From the IMG/VR virus record IMGVR_UViG_3300027792_000013, positions 51,929-115,928 of that record: a DNA stretch of 64,000 nucleotides; one strand, 5' to 3'. Position numbers and translations under genes: made by a program. Within the stretch, counting starts at the first letter, position 1. The number at the start of each line of letters is the position of its first letter. The stretch is from a virus. A model generated the notes under the pieces. The model saw only the letters and a program-made list of their open reading frames with translations. It did no database searches and had not been told where the DNA came from. Positions 55,283-64,000 of the stretch are shown piece by piece.

Positions 55283-55612
55283 TTATTCCTCCAACAATTC
55301 GATTTTATCTTTTTTTGGTTTCATTCTTTTTGAAAGATTTTTTACTAGCTTTTTTAACTCTAACATTTCTTTTTTCATTTTTTTATTTTCATCATGTAAG
55401 GTTTGTATGGTCTGAATTTGAAGTTCTTGTGTTTCAGAAAAACAATTTAATTTTATATCATTTTCTACTTTTAACATTTTGTTCTCCATTTCAAGAGCTG
55501 TTAATTTTTCTTTTAATTTTTTTTGTTCTCGGTGATCAGTTAGTCTAGTTTTTTCATCCTTGGATCTTCGATTTATTAATGCCCCTGACTTATTGTTTCT
55601 TATAAAACTCAT
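55283..55612 (-). CDS. Coiled-coil hypothetical protein (start MSFIR)
   Basis: GGAGG RBS; follows the large baseplate gene. Confidence 0.6.
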   Translation of the reverse strand: MSFIRNNKSGALINRRSKDEKTRLTDHREQKKLKEKLTALEMENKMLKVENDIKLNCFSETQELQIQTIQTLHDENKKMKKEMLELKKLVKNLSKRMKPKKDKIELLEE

Positions 55613-55620
55613 TATGCCTC

Positions 55621-58600
55621 CTATAATGCACGAAATGCCCATCTACTGTTCATAACAACTGGACTTTTCCACAAAAGCGTTGATTCTAAAACAAATTTGG
55701 CAGTAAACATAACTGGCCAGGCAGGTTCACTAGTATAATCAGTGACTATCCCAACATCGTCGCTTACAACATCATTATCAACAACATCCGTATCACTAAA
55801 TCTGGCGACTATATCATCGGTCAATAATACATATACTGAATTCGTTATTGAATCGATAGCTACAATTTTTCCTGTCGCTGAATCATCGATGTTATGTACA
55901 TTGTCACCAATTGCAAAAGTAATTGCCGCCCCCGCAGTTTCAAGGTCAAGTTTTTGTAACAACATGAAATCGAACTCATAAGTTTTTTTGTAAAACCCAC
56001 CACCAATATCGACATTGTCTATGGCATCATTAACTAATCGAAACCAAGTTAAATTGTTGTCTATACAAAATTCTCTGATAATAGAAGTTCCACTTTCAGT
56101 AAATTCATCAAGGACTAATTTTACGTTATTATAAGCCGGAACATCTTCTGTTAGTTTGGTAATGTATTGATTTGTAGATGCTATGTCATACCTGTAGAAA
56201 ATCAAATTTGTTTCAATGTTTACTATAGGAGTTGTTGCCCCGTTACCAGTTAGTTCAGCTTTTATTTGTAATTGAGTACCTTGTAGTCTTAGGTTGACTT
56301 CTTCGTGAATATTGAATGGTTTCCAGGTAGTACCCGCATCAATGCTATAATAGTATTGAATTCCTGAATTGGGGGTTTCAATAAACTCATTCATGAATAA
56401 AAATCTTCCAAAACAATCAAAGGCATAATGAGTATCATCAGCAACTTTTGGAAATGTAATATTTTCTAAAATAAAACTACCAGTTGTCGCAAATGTACCT
56501 TCGTATAATACAATAGCCAAATCTTTATCTTGTAAAGCGTTCCAGGTAACTCCATTAGATGAAGCAAATAATACTCCATCCAAATATGGATTTTCGGAAA
56601 TCACATTCCCGGAGTCCAAATCAACGTCACCTAGTTGTGAAACGAAAACTGTATATTCATGACTTTTTGACCCAACTGAAATATAAAACTGTTGCATTGC
56701 AGGAATGAATATTGGTCGTGTTAATGTAATTCTCGTTGGGGTTGTTCCATAAAGACTCGTTGTAATATTTTCAGGATAAAGTTCTTGTACATGAATCAAA
56801 TTTTCGGCATCTGGAAACCCATTTTTTAATAGCCCAATTTTGATTAAAACTGGTTCAATAGGAGAAAATGCGGTATAATTATATAGTTCATCTTCTGTAA
56901 CAGGTTTAGGTAAATCATCGGCTTTTGTCCCAAAATATAAATCAAACGCTGTTATAATTTTATCTGTTCTAAACAGAAAACTTTGGGCAATTGGATCAAC
57001 TAAAATATCTCCATTTTCATCTCGTTTATTTACTGACCAAGACATGGGGGTTGAAGGGGTTGGGGTCAACGATGGGGGATTTGGATTCATATTTACGGTA
57101 TCAAAAATTCCTTGTACTGGTGGGGTTTCTCTCATGGCTGATTCTTTGCTTGGTTGTTTATAATTGTATTGATCAGTAATTTTATCAAATACATTTGTAA
57201 CAACTGTTCGATTCTCAATAAACTTTTTAATCCCTTTGGCTTTAAAAATAGCAATGAATTCCAAATCATCACTATCAATAAATCTGGTTTCAATATCACC
57301 CGATCTAACTCCACTCGGAATAGTAAAGGTGGCTTTAAAAGATCCATCAGCAGCAACAGCAATTCTTCCTGTTGGCTGTCCCCCGGAGGTTTCGTTTCGA
57401 TATGGACTTATAGCCAACATTTTGGCTGCAATACCACCAAAGACACAGGCAACATATGCACCTGGACTAAAGTTTTTACCATGAACCGTTATGGTTTGAG
57501 GTCTAACGAAAGTATCTATATTTTCTCCGATTTCAACCTTTTCGGTAGAAACTTTATTATCGATTTGGTTCATAACTTCGGAAACATAAGCATTAGGGGT
57601 ATCATCGTATGATGATTTCGAAGGCTTACTCCAGTTAATCCAATTTGTTTTTGTTATTGTATTTCTGACTTCATTTTCTATTATGGTTTTTTCAGTAACT
57701 ACATAGTCAATATAAAAATCTCGGTCAGGACTCATAGACGTAAATGGTTTTTTAGTTATGACTCCAAAGGGATTCAAATTCATTGTTTCAGATTTCAGAG
57801 TATTTGTAAAAAATACAACATCGGAAGTTTTTTCTAAAGTCAAAACTTTTTCTCTGCCAATTTCATTTGTATAAACAGTTATATTGGTTCGCGTATCATT
57901 ACTACGATCATATTCATAATCTCGTTCATAACTAACCATTGAAAGAGTCTGATCAATTAAATTCATGGCACAATAATAGTCTGGATTTTGAAGATTTGCC
58001 TTGTACATTGTATTGAATGGATCTACTAAGAGTCCACTCAATGTTGTTGATAATTCTCCTTCTTTAACTTCCCCTTCTAAAGCCAGAGCTGCGATATTTG
58101 TTTCCAATTGATTTATACGGGCCTTCATATAATGTAAATCCCGCATTGTTGTTCTTTTGAAATTGTACTCTTGAATAATTACATCTGTATGATCCTTTCC
58201 CGGTTTAAATTTTATCCACCCTAGAGGAAGAAGTTCTTCGTTGAATGGGGGAATTAACGTCTTATCGTAAGTAGTTGGAATACCTTCTTTTTGAATAACA
58301 GCTCCAAATTTGTCTATGCTAAACAAATCTGTTCTGGCTAAATATGTGTAATAATCAACCAACATCGTTGTTGTATTTACTGGAATATCTCCAGTATTTG
58401 TGATATGAACATTGTACATATCTGATTGATCGGAGTCTTCAACAATTGTAAAATCTGTATCACGAACTAAATTTTTATAATAAGTAAAAGTTACATAATA
58501 GGTAACTCCGGTTCCTGGTTTAGCTCCAATCCAGTGAATCATATCAGATTCAAGTTCGTAATCAACTCCTTGTGTATATCCAGGAATACTTTCAATTGCA

Positions 58601-59613
58601 TTTATGCTAGTATATGTTGTTCCATAAATATTGATGAATGAATCATAGTTACCCGTTCCTCTGGTAACTGCCATTGATGAAACCCGAACAATTGCGGTTA
58701 TGTTAATCAAATGAACGCTTTCATCAGTTACTACATATGGTTTGAATAACAAATAATCATCAGTTCCAGTAGCATACGTATGTGGTTCATTTGCATAAGC
58801 AATTGTTGTCAAGGCCCTACTTATAGCTATTTTTTTGGGTACAATAAATCTGTTATCAAATCCCTTGACATAGCAAATTCCAGGTCCAACACAAACATTA
58901 ACGTAAGGATTATCATAAATACTTGGGTCTTCCCCTTCTGGAACCGGAGCTTGTTCAACGGTTAATTTCATACCTTCAACTAAATAGTTTCCGCTTTCGT
59001 CATAGGTTCTTTGAGCTAGAGTTTCTGATAGTTTTGAATAATCTGGTCTTCGTATATAGTTTTGGACGATACCATCAAGTAGATTCCAAAGTGTTTTTAC
59101 TCCGTCTTCATCAGAATATTTTTGTGTTTCTGGTAATGTTATTTTAACACTAGGAACATCAATGACTTTAACTAAATGTCCAGTTATTTTCAATCTATGA
59201 GATCCAGCTAACCCATAATTCGTATGTCCGCTGGCAGGATCAACTAAAGTACTATCATCGGCTTCTGTAACAAATTCTTCTTTTATATAGATTCCTACAT
59301 TTTCTGTACCGCTAGCTAAAACTGTAATATTTTGTTCTGGAATTTCAATTATTCTGCCATTGTAGTAATAACTACCAGCTGTTATACTGGCCGTGGTTCC
59401 AACTACTGCCAAATCAATACCATCAACAACACTTCCATTTTTGTACAATGTATCAAAATTCTTTTTTAGTTGAATGTTCTGAAAACTCTGCAATTGAGTA
59501 ATTTCTCGGCTCTGTGGTGCTCTCCCAGGTACACATAAAACTTGTTTATAGTCTTTTGCCCACTGAGCTTCGGCATCATCGTAATAAGGATAAATATTTA
59601 AATCAATTGCCAT
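55621..59613 (-). CDS. Large baseplate/tail structural protein (DUF4815/VrlC-like)
   Basis: DLNIYPYYDD, PGRAPQSREITQLQ, GSHRLKI, LAQRTYDESGNY, DPIAQSF, YLDGVLF.SSNG.TW. Confidence 0.85.
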   Translation of the reverse strand: MAIDLNIYPYYDDAEAQWAKDYKQVLCVPGRAPQSREITQLQSFQNIQLKKNFDTLYKNGSVVDGIDLAVVGTTASITAGSYYYNGRIIEIPEQNITVLASGTENVGIYIKEEFVTEADDSTLVDPASGHTNYGLAGSHRLKITGHLVKVIDVPSVKITLPETQKYSDEDGVKTLWNLLDGIVQNYIRRPDYSKLSETLAQRTYDESGNYLVEGMKLTVEQAPVPEGEDPSIYDNPYVNVCVGPGICYVKGFDNRFIVPKKIAISRALTTIAYANEPHTYATGTDDYLLFKPYVVTDESVHLINITAIVRVSSMAVTRGTGNYDSFINIYGTTYTSINAIESIPGYTQGVDYELESDMIHWIGAKPGTGVTYYVTFTYYKNLVRDTDFTIVEDSDQSDMYNVHITNTGDIPVNTTTMLVDYYTYLARTDLFSIDKFGAVIQKEGIPTTYDKTLIPPFNEELLPLGWIKFKPGKDHTDVIIQEYNFKRTTMRDLHYMKARINQLETNIAALALEGEVKEGELSTTLSGLLVDPFNTMYKANLQNPDYYCAMNLIDQTLSMVSYERDYEYDRSNDTRTNITVYTNEIGREKVLTLEKTSDVVFFTNTLKSETMNLNPFGVITKKPFTSMSPDRDFYIDYVVTEKTIIENEVRNTITKTNWINWSKPSKSSYDDTPNAYVSEVMNQIDNKVSTEKVEIGENIDTFVRPQTITVHGKNFSPGAYVACVFGGIAAKMLAISPYRNETSGGQPTGRIAVAADGSFKATFTIPSGVRSGDIETRFIDSDDLEFIAIFKAKGIKKFIENRTVVTNVFDKITDQYNYKQPSKESAMRETPPVQGIFDTVNMNPNPPSLTPTPSTPMSWSVNKRDENGDILVDPIAQSFLFRTDKIITAFDLYFGTKADDLPKPVTEDELYNYTAFSPIEPVLIKIGLLKNGFPDAENLIHVQELYPENITTSLYGTTPTRITLTRPIFIPAMQQFYISVGSKSHEYTVFVSQLGDVDLDSGNVISENPYLDGVLFASSNGVTWNALQDKDLAIVLYEGTFATTGSFILENITFPKVADDTHYAFDCFGRFLFMNEFIETPNSGIQYYYSIDAGTTWKPFNIHEEVNLRLQGTQLQIKAELTGNGATTPIVNIETNLIFYRYDIASTNQYITKLTEDVPAYNNVKLVLDEFTESGTSIIREFCIDNNLTWFRLVNDAIDNVDIGGGFYKKTYEFDFMLLQKLDLETAGAAITFAIGDNVHNIDDSATGKIVAIDSITNSVYVLLTDDIVARFSDTDVVDNDVVSDDVGIVTDYTSEPAWPVMFTAKFVLESTLLWKSPVVMNSRWAFRAL

Positions 59614-59621
59614 TTTTACTC

Positions 59622-60137
59622 CTAAAATGCAATAATAATCCCAAATTGTTCAGTTTGAACATTCGATCTTGTTACTGGAGTTCTGTTGTTTACATAATGT
59701 AGAATTCCTTGATCAACTACACTTGCTGGTAAATATGATAACCCAGTCAACACCACGCCACCAGCACCACTAGGATTCGATAGAACCCCAATTTGCCTAA
59801 ATGTTACTGAAGTTGGACAGAAATCATTGTAGTAAATATTTGTAACCAGATATACCATTGTCGGCAAATCCGTATAAATATCATCATCTAAAATAGCTCG
59901 ATATATAACGCCACTAACTTCGATTTCACCTGTGCTATCTGGAACGATCAAATACTTGGAAACAATCTTTTTTATAAATTGTAGTTCCTCTACTTCAGTT
60001 TGTGATGCCACTGGAACATCAGGATTGTTTTCGTCAGTCCAAGGAGTTGTTCTACCGATGGCTAGATATAAATTAGATTGTTGTTTAAAGTCATAAGCTC
60101 GCCAAACTCTGTTTTTTAATGTTAAAATGCTGCTCAT
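59622..60137 (-). CDS. gp8-like baseplate wedge protein (start MSSIL)
   Basis: LYLAIGRTTPW.DEN.P, FRQIGVLSNP, YVNNRTPVTR...QTE. Confidence 0.75.
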   Translation of the reverse strand: MSSILTLKNRVWRAYDFKQQSNLYLAIGRTTPWTDENNPDVPVASQTEVEELQFIKKIVSKYLIVPDSTGEIEVSGVIYRAILDDDIYTDLPTMVYLVTNIYYNDFCPTSVTFRQIGVLSNPSGAGGVVLTGLSYLPASVVDQGILHYVNNRTPVTRSNVQTEQFGIIIAF

Positions 60138-60709
60138 TTTTTCTTCCACTTACCTTCTATTTGATTGTACGTCAAATCACCTTTGGCTTTAAGTGTCCGT
60201 AAATGATCACTCAAATTTTTAATATTCGAAAATTGCTTTTTAATTTCAGCGTATGTGTGATTTACAATAAATTTCTTTAAACGATCTTGGATTTCATTTT
60301 CACTTTTTGGTTCTTGTTTTTCTTTCTCCTTATTTAGCAATCTCAAATGATCTATTTTTTTAGTAATATCAAACTGATCTATTTTTTTAGTAATATCAAA
60401 ATATCTATTATCTTGTTTTTCTTTCTTCTTATTTAGCAATCCCAACTGATCTATTTTTTCAGTAATATCAAAATATCTTTTTTTCTTCCACTTACCCTCT
60501 AATTGATTGTACATTAAATCGCCTTTGGTTTTAAGTTCTTGTAAATGAACACTCAAATTTTTAATATTCGAAAATTTCTTTTTGATTTCAGCGTATGTGT
60601 GATTTACAATAAATTTCTTTAAACGATCTTGGATTTCACTTTTTGGTTCTTGTTTTTCTTTTTCTGTTTTTTGCTCTTCTTGTATTAAAAATTCTTTAAA
60701 TGTTTTCAT
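60134..60709 (-). CDS. MKTFKEFL protein built from internal duplications
   Basis: Two copies of KEKQEPKSE..QDRLKKFIVNHTYAEIKK...EGKWKKK plus three FDITxKID units. Confidence 0.65.
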   Translation of the reverse strand: MKTFKEFLIQEEQKTEKEKQEPKSEIQDRLKKFIVNHTYAEIKKKFSNIKNLSVHLQELKTKGDLMYNQLEGKWKKKRYFDITEKIDQLGLLNKKKEKQDNRYFDITKKIDQFDITKKIDHLRLLNKEKEKQEPKSENEIQDRLKKFIVNHTYAEIKKQFSNIKNLSDHLRTLKAKGDLTYNQIEGKWKKK

Positions 60710-60744
60710 TTTAACTCCTTGATTTTATTTATATTTCATATACC

Positions 60745-61587
60745 CTAGACCAGAGTTAATTTCACATCTCGTTGCCACATGAATTGATTTGTATTTCCTG
60801 ATGCTGTGGCCATGTCCCAAAATGTAAAACCATTTTCTACATCACTAAAATCCCATAACCCAACAATCAAATTTGATTGGTAATTATCAAATTGTAAATT
60901 GCCTAAAGCAGCATCAATTGTTCTATGTAAAGCCCATTCTTCACAATAATTTGGTGCATACCACATATCAAAATCAGATAAAGCAGCTACATATTCATCT
61001 ATGTGGAGATCATTTATTATGCGTAAATAGAAAATTTTACAACCAGTTGGATGTAAAAGCGCTTCACAAATATCTTGTAATTCCGTATATCCGAATACAT
61101 CAGATCTAATTTCGTAGACGTAGTAGGCATAATATTCATTGTCATGATATTTTGAACTTCCACTATATACGTGATTTTTATTGGAATATGTCATGATATT
61201 CTGTTCAGGATAATAAAACGAAAATGAACCCACATGGTTCATTATCTGAAACAGAAATTCATAACTTTTTTGTGTTCCTTTTATAGCATAAAAATCTTTG
61301 GCATGTTTGATCAACAGTTTTACATCGATTTCTTGAATTCGATACAAAGGAAATTGAGCCAAATATTGTTTTGTATATTGTTCCAAAATATCAGCTTCGT
61401 TTACACTGTCGATTTGATCAATGTCAAGAAAATGTAGAAAGTCTCTAATCAATTGGTATGGATTTCCGGTTGTGTCTAGCCACTCTAAATAGTATTGAAT
61501 AAATGCTTTGAACTTCGGATATTCTTCTCTAAGGTATTCCGGAATAAAACGATTAATCAACACTGATAAAAATTGTGATCTAGCCAT
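60745..61587 (-). CDS. gp7-like baseplate wedge protein
   Basis: IPEYLREEYPKF..FIQYYLEW, KDFYAIKGT..SYEFLF, HDNEYY.YYVYEI, LLHPTG. Confidence 0.75.
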   Translation of the reverse strand: MARSQFLSVLINRFIPEYLREEYPKFKAFIQYYLEWLDTTGNPYQLIRDFLHFLDIDQIDSVNEADILEQYTKQYLAQFPLYRIQEIDVKLLIKHAKDFYAIKGTQKSYEFLFQIMNHVGSFSFYYPEQNIMTYSNKNHVYSGSSKYHDNEYYAYYVYEIRSDVFGYTELQDICEALLHPTGCKIFYLRIINDLHIDEYVAALSDFDMWYAPNYCEEWALHRTIDAALGNLQFDNYQSNLIVGLWDFSDVENGFTFWDMATASGNTNQFMWQRDVKLTLV

Positions 61588-61613
61588 TTAATTTTTCCAT
61601 TTTGTATTTATAT

Positions 61614-61859
61614 TCATTCAATCACCAAATGTTGATCAATTCCGGAAATTGAAATAATCCAATTAGCTTTTTCTTTGGTGGAACATTCAACTGATCTAAC
61701 TTGATCCTCTTTATAGAAATAAGTTAATTGTTTGAATTTTTTACTGTATCTTGCTATTTTTTTCTCTGGTCTTCTTTTAAACATACCACCAACAGGAGAT
61801 TCTTTTGTTTGTACATCTCCAGATTCCGTAGTTTCTAAAAAAATATTTTTGCCTTTCAT
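61614..61859 (-). CDS. Small protein with MKGKNIFLE N-terminus
   Basis: GAGG RBS. Confidence 0.6.
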   Translation of the reverse strand: MKGKNIFLETTESGDVQTKESPVGGMFKRRPEKKIARYSKKFKQLTYFYKEDQVRSVECSTKEKANWIISISGIDQHLVIE

Positions 61860-61861
61860 TT

Positions 61862-62776
61862 TTAGTCCCTCGTTATATTATCTAAATATTCATCAATTTG
61901 TAGCAAAATTTGTTGTGGATTGTATTTTGAATCATTTATTTTTTGGTTATCAATATCACTCTCTACACTTCGTTTTAATTTTTCAATTAATTTTTTTCCA
62001 AAATTAAACATTTTGTATACTATTAGTAGAAAAACATTAAAATATAAGTATTCTTTTCGTTGATTAAAATCAATTATAGATTTTTCTATTATTGGATTAT
62101 ACTTACTTTTAGCATAACTAATAAATTCTTTGATATCTGTATTTGTCAATCCAAATGCAGCGGCTTTTCTCAAAACTGTTTTATTATCGAAACCATCTAA
62201 GTATGGTTTTCGATTTCTAAGATAAATACTATCTAAAATACTATAAGATTTATTTTTTAGTATTTCAAAAAATTCAATTAATGATGCTTCTTTTTCAGTT
62301 AAACGACTACTATGATTTTTCCAATAAAATGATGATAATTTCAATCTTTTATTAATTAGATTTTGAGATTTTAAATTTTCCATATTTTTTTTATCTAAAT
62401 TCCAATCATATTTCAATGATTTGTTAAGCCACTGTGACATATGAGTTATTTCATGTGCTAATGTTGCGAGAGCTTTTTCTTTTGTGCCTTCTTCCCAAAG
62501 ATTGGTATTGATAGTAATAATCCATTTGAGCGTTCTCATATTTTCTATTGTCTTATCTTCGTTGTTAGTACATTGGGTCACATACCGTTTGCCAAATTTA
62601 ATTTTGACATTTATACTAATTTTTTCATTACCATCGTCATATATTTTTTTAAAAGTATAGTTACCAATAGGAAATATTTTATCAAGTTGTGGTTTAACTT
62701 CTGCCATTACATCTTGCAGTAAAGTTCCTTTGTAATTACTAAAACCTTCTGCTAAGAAATCTTTAAATCTTTTCAT
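61862..62776 (-). CDS. Putative HExxH metallopeptidase with MKRFKDFLAE N-terminus
   Basis: TLAHEITHMSQW...TEKEA. Confidence 0.55.
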   Translation of the reverse strand: MKRFKDFLAEGFSNYKGTLLQDVMAEVKPQLDKIFPIGNYTFKKIYDDGNEKISINVKIKFGKRYVTQCTNNEDKTIENMRTLKWIITINTNLWEEGTKEKALATLAHEITHMSQWLNKSLKYDWNLDKKNMENLKSQNLINKRLKLSSFYWKNHSSRLTEKEASLIEFFEILKNKSYSILDSIYLRNRKPYLDGFDNKTVLRKAAAFGLTNTDIKEFISYAKSKYNPIIEKSIIDFNQRKEYLYFNVFLLIVYKMFNFGKKLIEKLKRSVESDIDNQKINDSKYNPQQILLQIDEYLDNITRD

Positions 62777-62778
62777 AG

Positions 62779-64000
62779 TTAAACCCAATTATTCGGAGCT
62801 ATTTTGTAATTATTAAAATTTTTATCTTTTCCAGTATACCAAGTTCCACCTTTCCAAACTCCACTTTTCCACATTCCATCAAACCATACTCCATCATGCC
62901 AAGTTCCTTTTTCCCAAATTCCACCTCTCCACGTTCCATCTCTCCACGTTCCATTAAACCATATTCCATTAAACCAAGTACCATTATACCATGTTCCGCC
63001 TTTCCAAGTACCATTATTCCAAATTCCACCTTCCCATGTCCCATTTTTCCAGGTTCCATTAAACCAAGTACCGGTTTCCCAAGTACCATTTTTCCACATT
63101 CCCTTTTCCCAAATTCCACTTGTCCATATACCATCTTCCCAAGTCCCGGTTTTCCAAACGCCACCATGCCAGATACCACTGTGCCAGGTACCACTTCTAA
63201 AAATTAAATCATTGATATCATCAAATTCAATAACAACATCTTTTACTTTTATTGATTTGTCTAAAATACCGTCAAAAAACCAAGTAGATTCAGCTTTAAG
63301 ATCTTCTATGTTTTTTAACTGTTTTATACCATATTTGGATGGATTTTTTACAATATCATTGTATTTGCTTTTATCGAAAAAATTAATTATTTGTGGATTA
63401 TCATCACTATAAAAATTAGCTTCAAATGAACCTTCTAATTTTTTACCTTGCTTTTGATTTAACCAATTTTGTATTATTGATTTCATATTAACGGTTATTT
63501 TACCATAACCTCTTTCAGACATAACTAAAAATTGATCCTTGGGGTCATAAACATTGGTGTACGGATAAATTATTATACGACCGATTGGAGCATTGATATT
63601 TTTATCATCGGCTTTAATCAAATACGAAATTAAAGCATTATTTTTAATGTATTTTTCGATGTTTTTACCTTGAACTTCAATGCTTTTACCAGTCTTTTTA
63701 TCTAATTCAGTACAACTTCTCCATTCTCTATCTGTACTCATGCCTGCAATGTCGTATGGATGTCTGGATATAACTACCAGCAATTTTTTATCCGTATGGG
63801 ATAACATTTTTGAAGTTTTATCCTTCATTAAGTCGAAAGTTTTCTTTAAAGTAGGATCTAAACGTTGTAGGAGTTTACCGATCTTGATGAAGTTTTTGTC
63901 TGTACCAGTTTTCTTGGCAAGTCCGGATTCCCAATTTTCGATTTCATATCCATTAGCATTCAAAACCTTTTCGATTTTTTTATCCGGACTTTCGTCAAGA
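62779..64000 (-). CDS. Protein with C-terminal Trp pentapeptide repeats (5' end beyond the window)
   Basis: ISRHPYDIAGMSTDREWRSC; 24 xG(T/I/V/M)Wx repeats; frame open to the window end. Confidence 0.75.
   Translation of the reverse strand, partial: LDESPDKKIEKVLNANGYEIENWESGLAKKTGTDKNFIKIGKLLQRLDPTLKKTFDLMKDKTSKMLSHTDKKLLVVISRHPYDIAGMSTDREWRSCTELDKKTGKSIEVQGKNIEKYIKNNALISYLIKADDKNINAPIGRIIIYPYTNVYDPKDQFLVMSERGYGKITVNMKSIIQNWLNQKQGKKLEGSFEANFYSDDNPQIINFFDKSKYNDIVKNPSKYGIKQLKNIEDLKAESTWFFDGILDKSIKVKDVVIEFDDINDLIFRSGTWHSGIWHGGVWKTGTWEDGIWTSGIWEKGMWKNGTWETGTWFNGTWKNGTWEGGIWNNGTWKGGTWYNGTWFNGIWFNGTWRDGTWRGGIWEKGTWHDGVWFDGMWKSGVWKGGTWYTGKDKNFNNYKIAPNNWV
62835..63197. repeat. Degenerate 15-bp tandem repeat, about 24 copies, encoding xGTWx
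   Basis: Periodic cca/tgg every 15 nt. Confidence 0.85.

Noticed and set aside
62835-63197. CRISPR array or DGR template/variable repeat
   Set aside because: Degenerate 15-bp coding repeat; no spacers, no reverse transcriptase, no adenine-specific repeat pair seen
2431-63412. Numerous short plus-strand ORFs in the ORF track antisense to core genes
   Set aside because: Shadow ORFs fully overlapping well-supported minus-strand genes, with no RBS or recognisable motifs

Overview
AT-rich (about 30% GC by eye) 64-kb segment of a large, divergent T4-like myophage, almost all encoded on the minus strand. It contains replication/recombination genes (gp41, uvsX, gp43, RuvC-like resolvase, gp46/47, uvsW, uvsY), the gp55 late sigma factor with many TATAAATA late promoters, and rearranged virion genes (gp13/14/15/17/18/19/20/21/22/23/2/3/26, baseplate). 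Highlights: (1) a 7-deazaguanine modification cluster (TGT/DpdA-like, FolE, QueD, QueE, DpdL-like, no QueC in the window) interleaved with two glycosyltransferase-like genes, a PIG-L deacetylase and a radical SAM enzyme, with the DpdA-like gene overlapping a DNA polymerase that has unusual Glu residues in motifs A and C; (2) a likely -1 programmed frameshift (U UUU UUA) joining gp26 to a start-less gp51-like ORF just upstream of the putative tape-measure gene; (3) a GC-rich island folding into two tandem tRNA-like RNAs; (4) a repeated AAGTT-N16-TATAAT promoter, often apparently leaderless; (5) two N-terminal motif families (MKTFKEF / MKGxxIF) marking probable capsid-packaged proteins. All calls come from motif recognition by eye; no searches were run.
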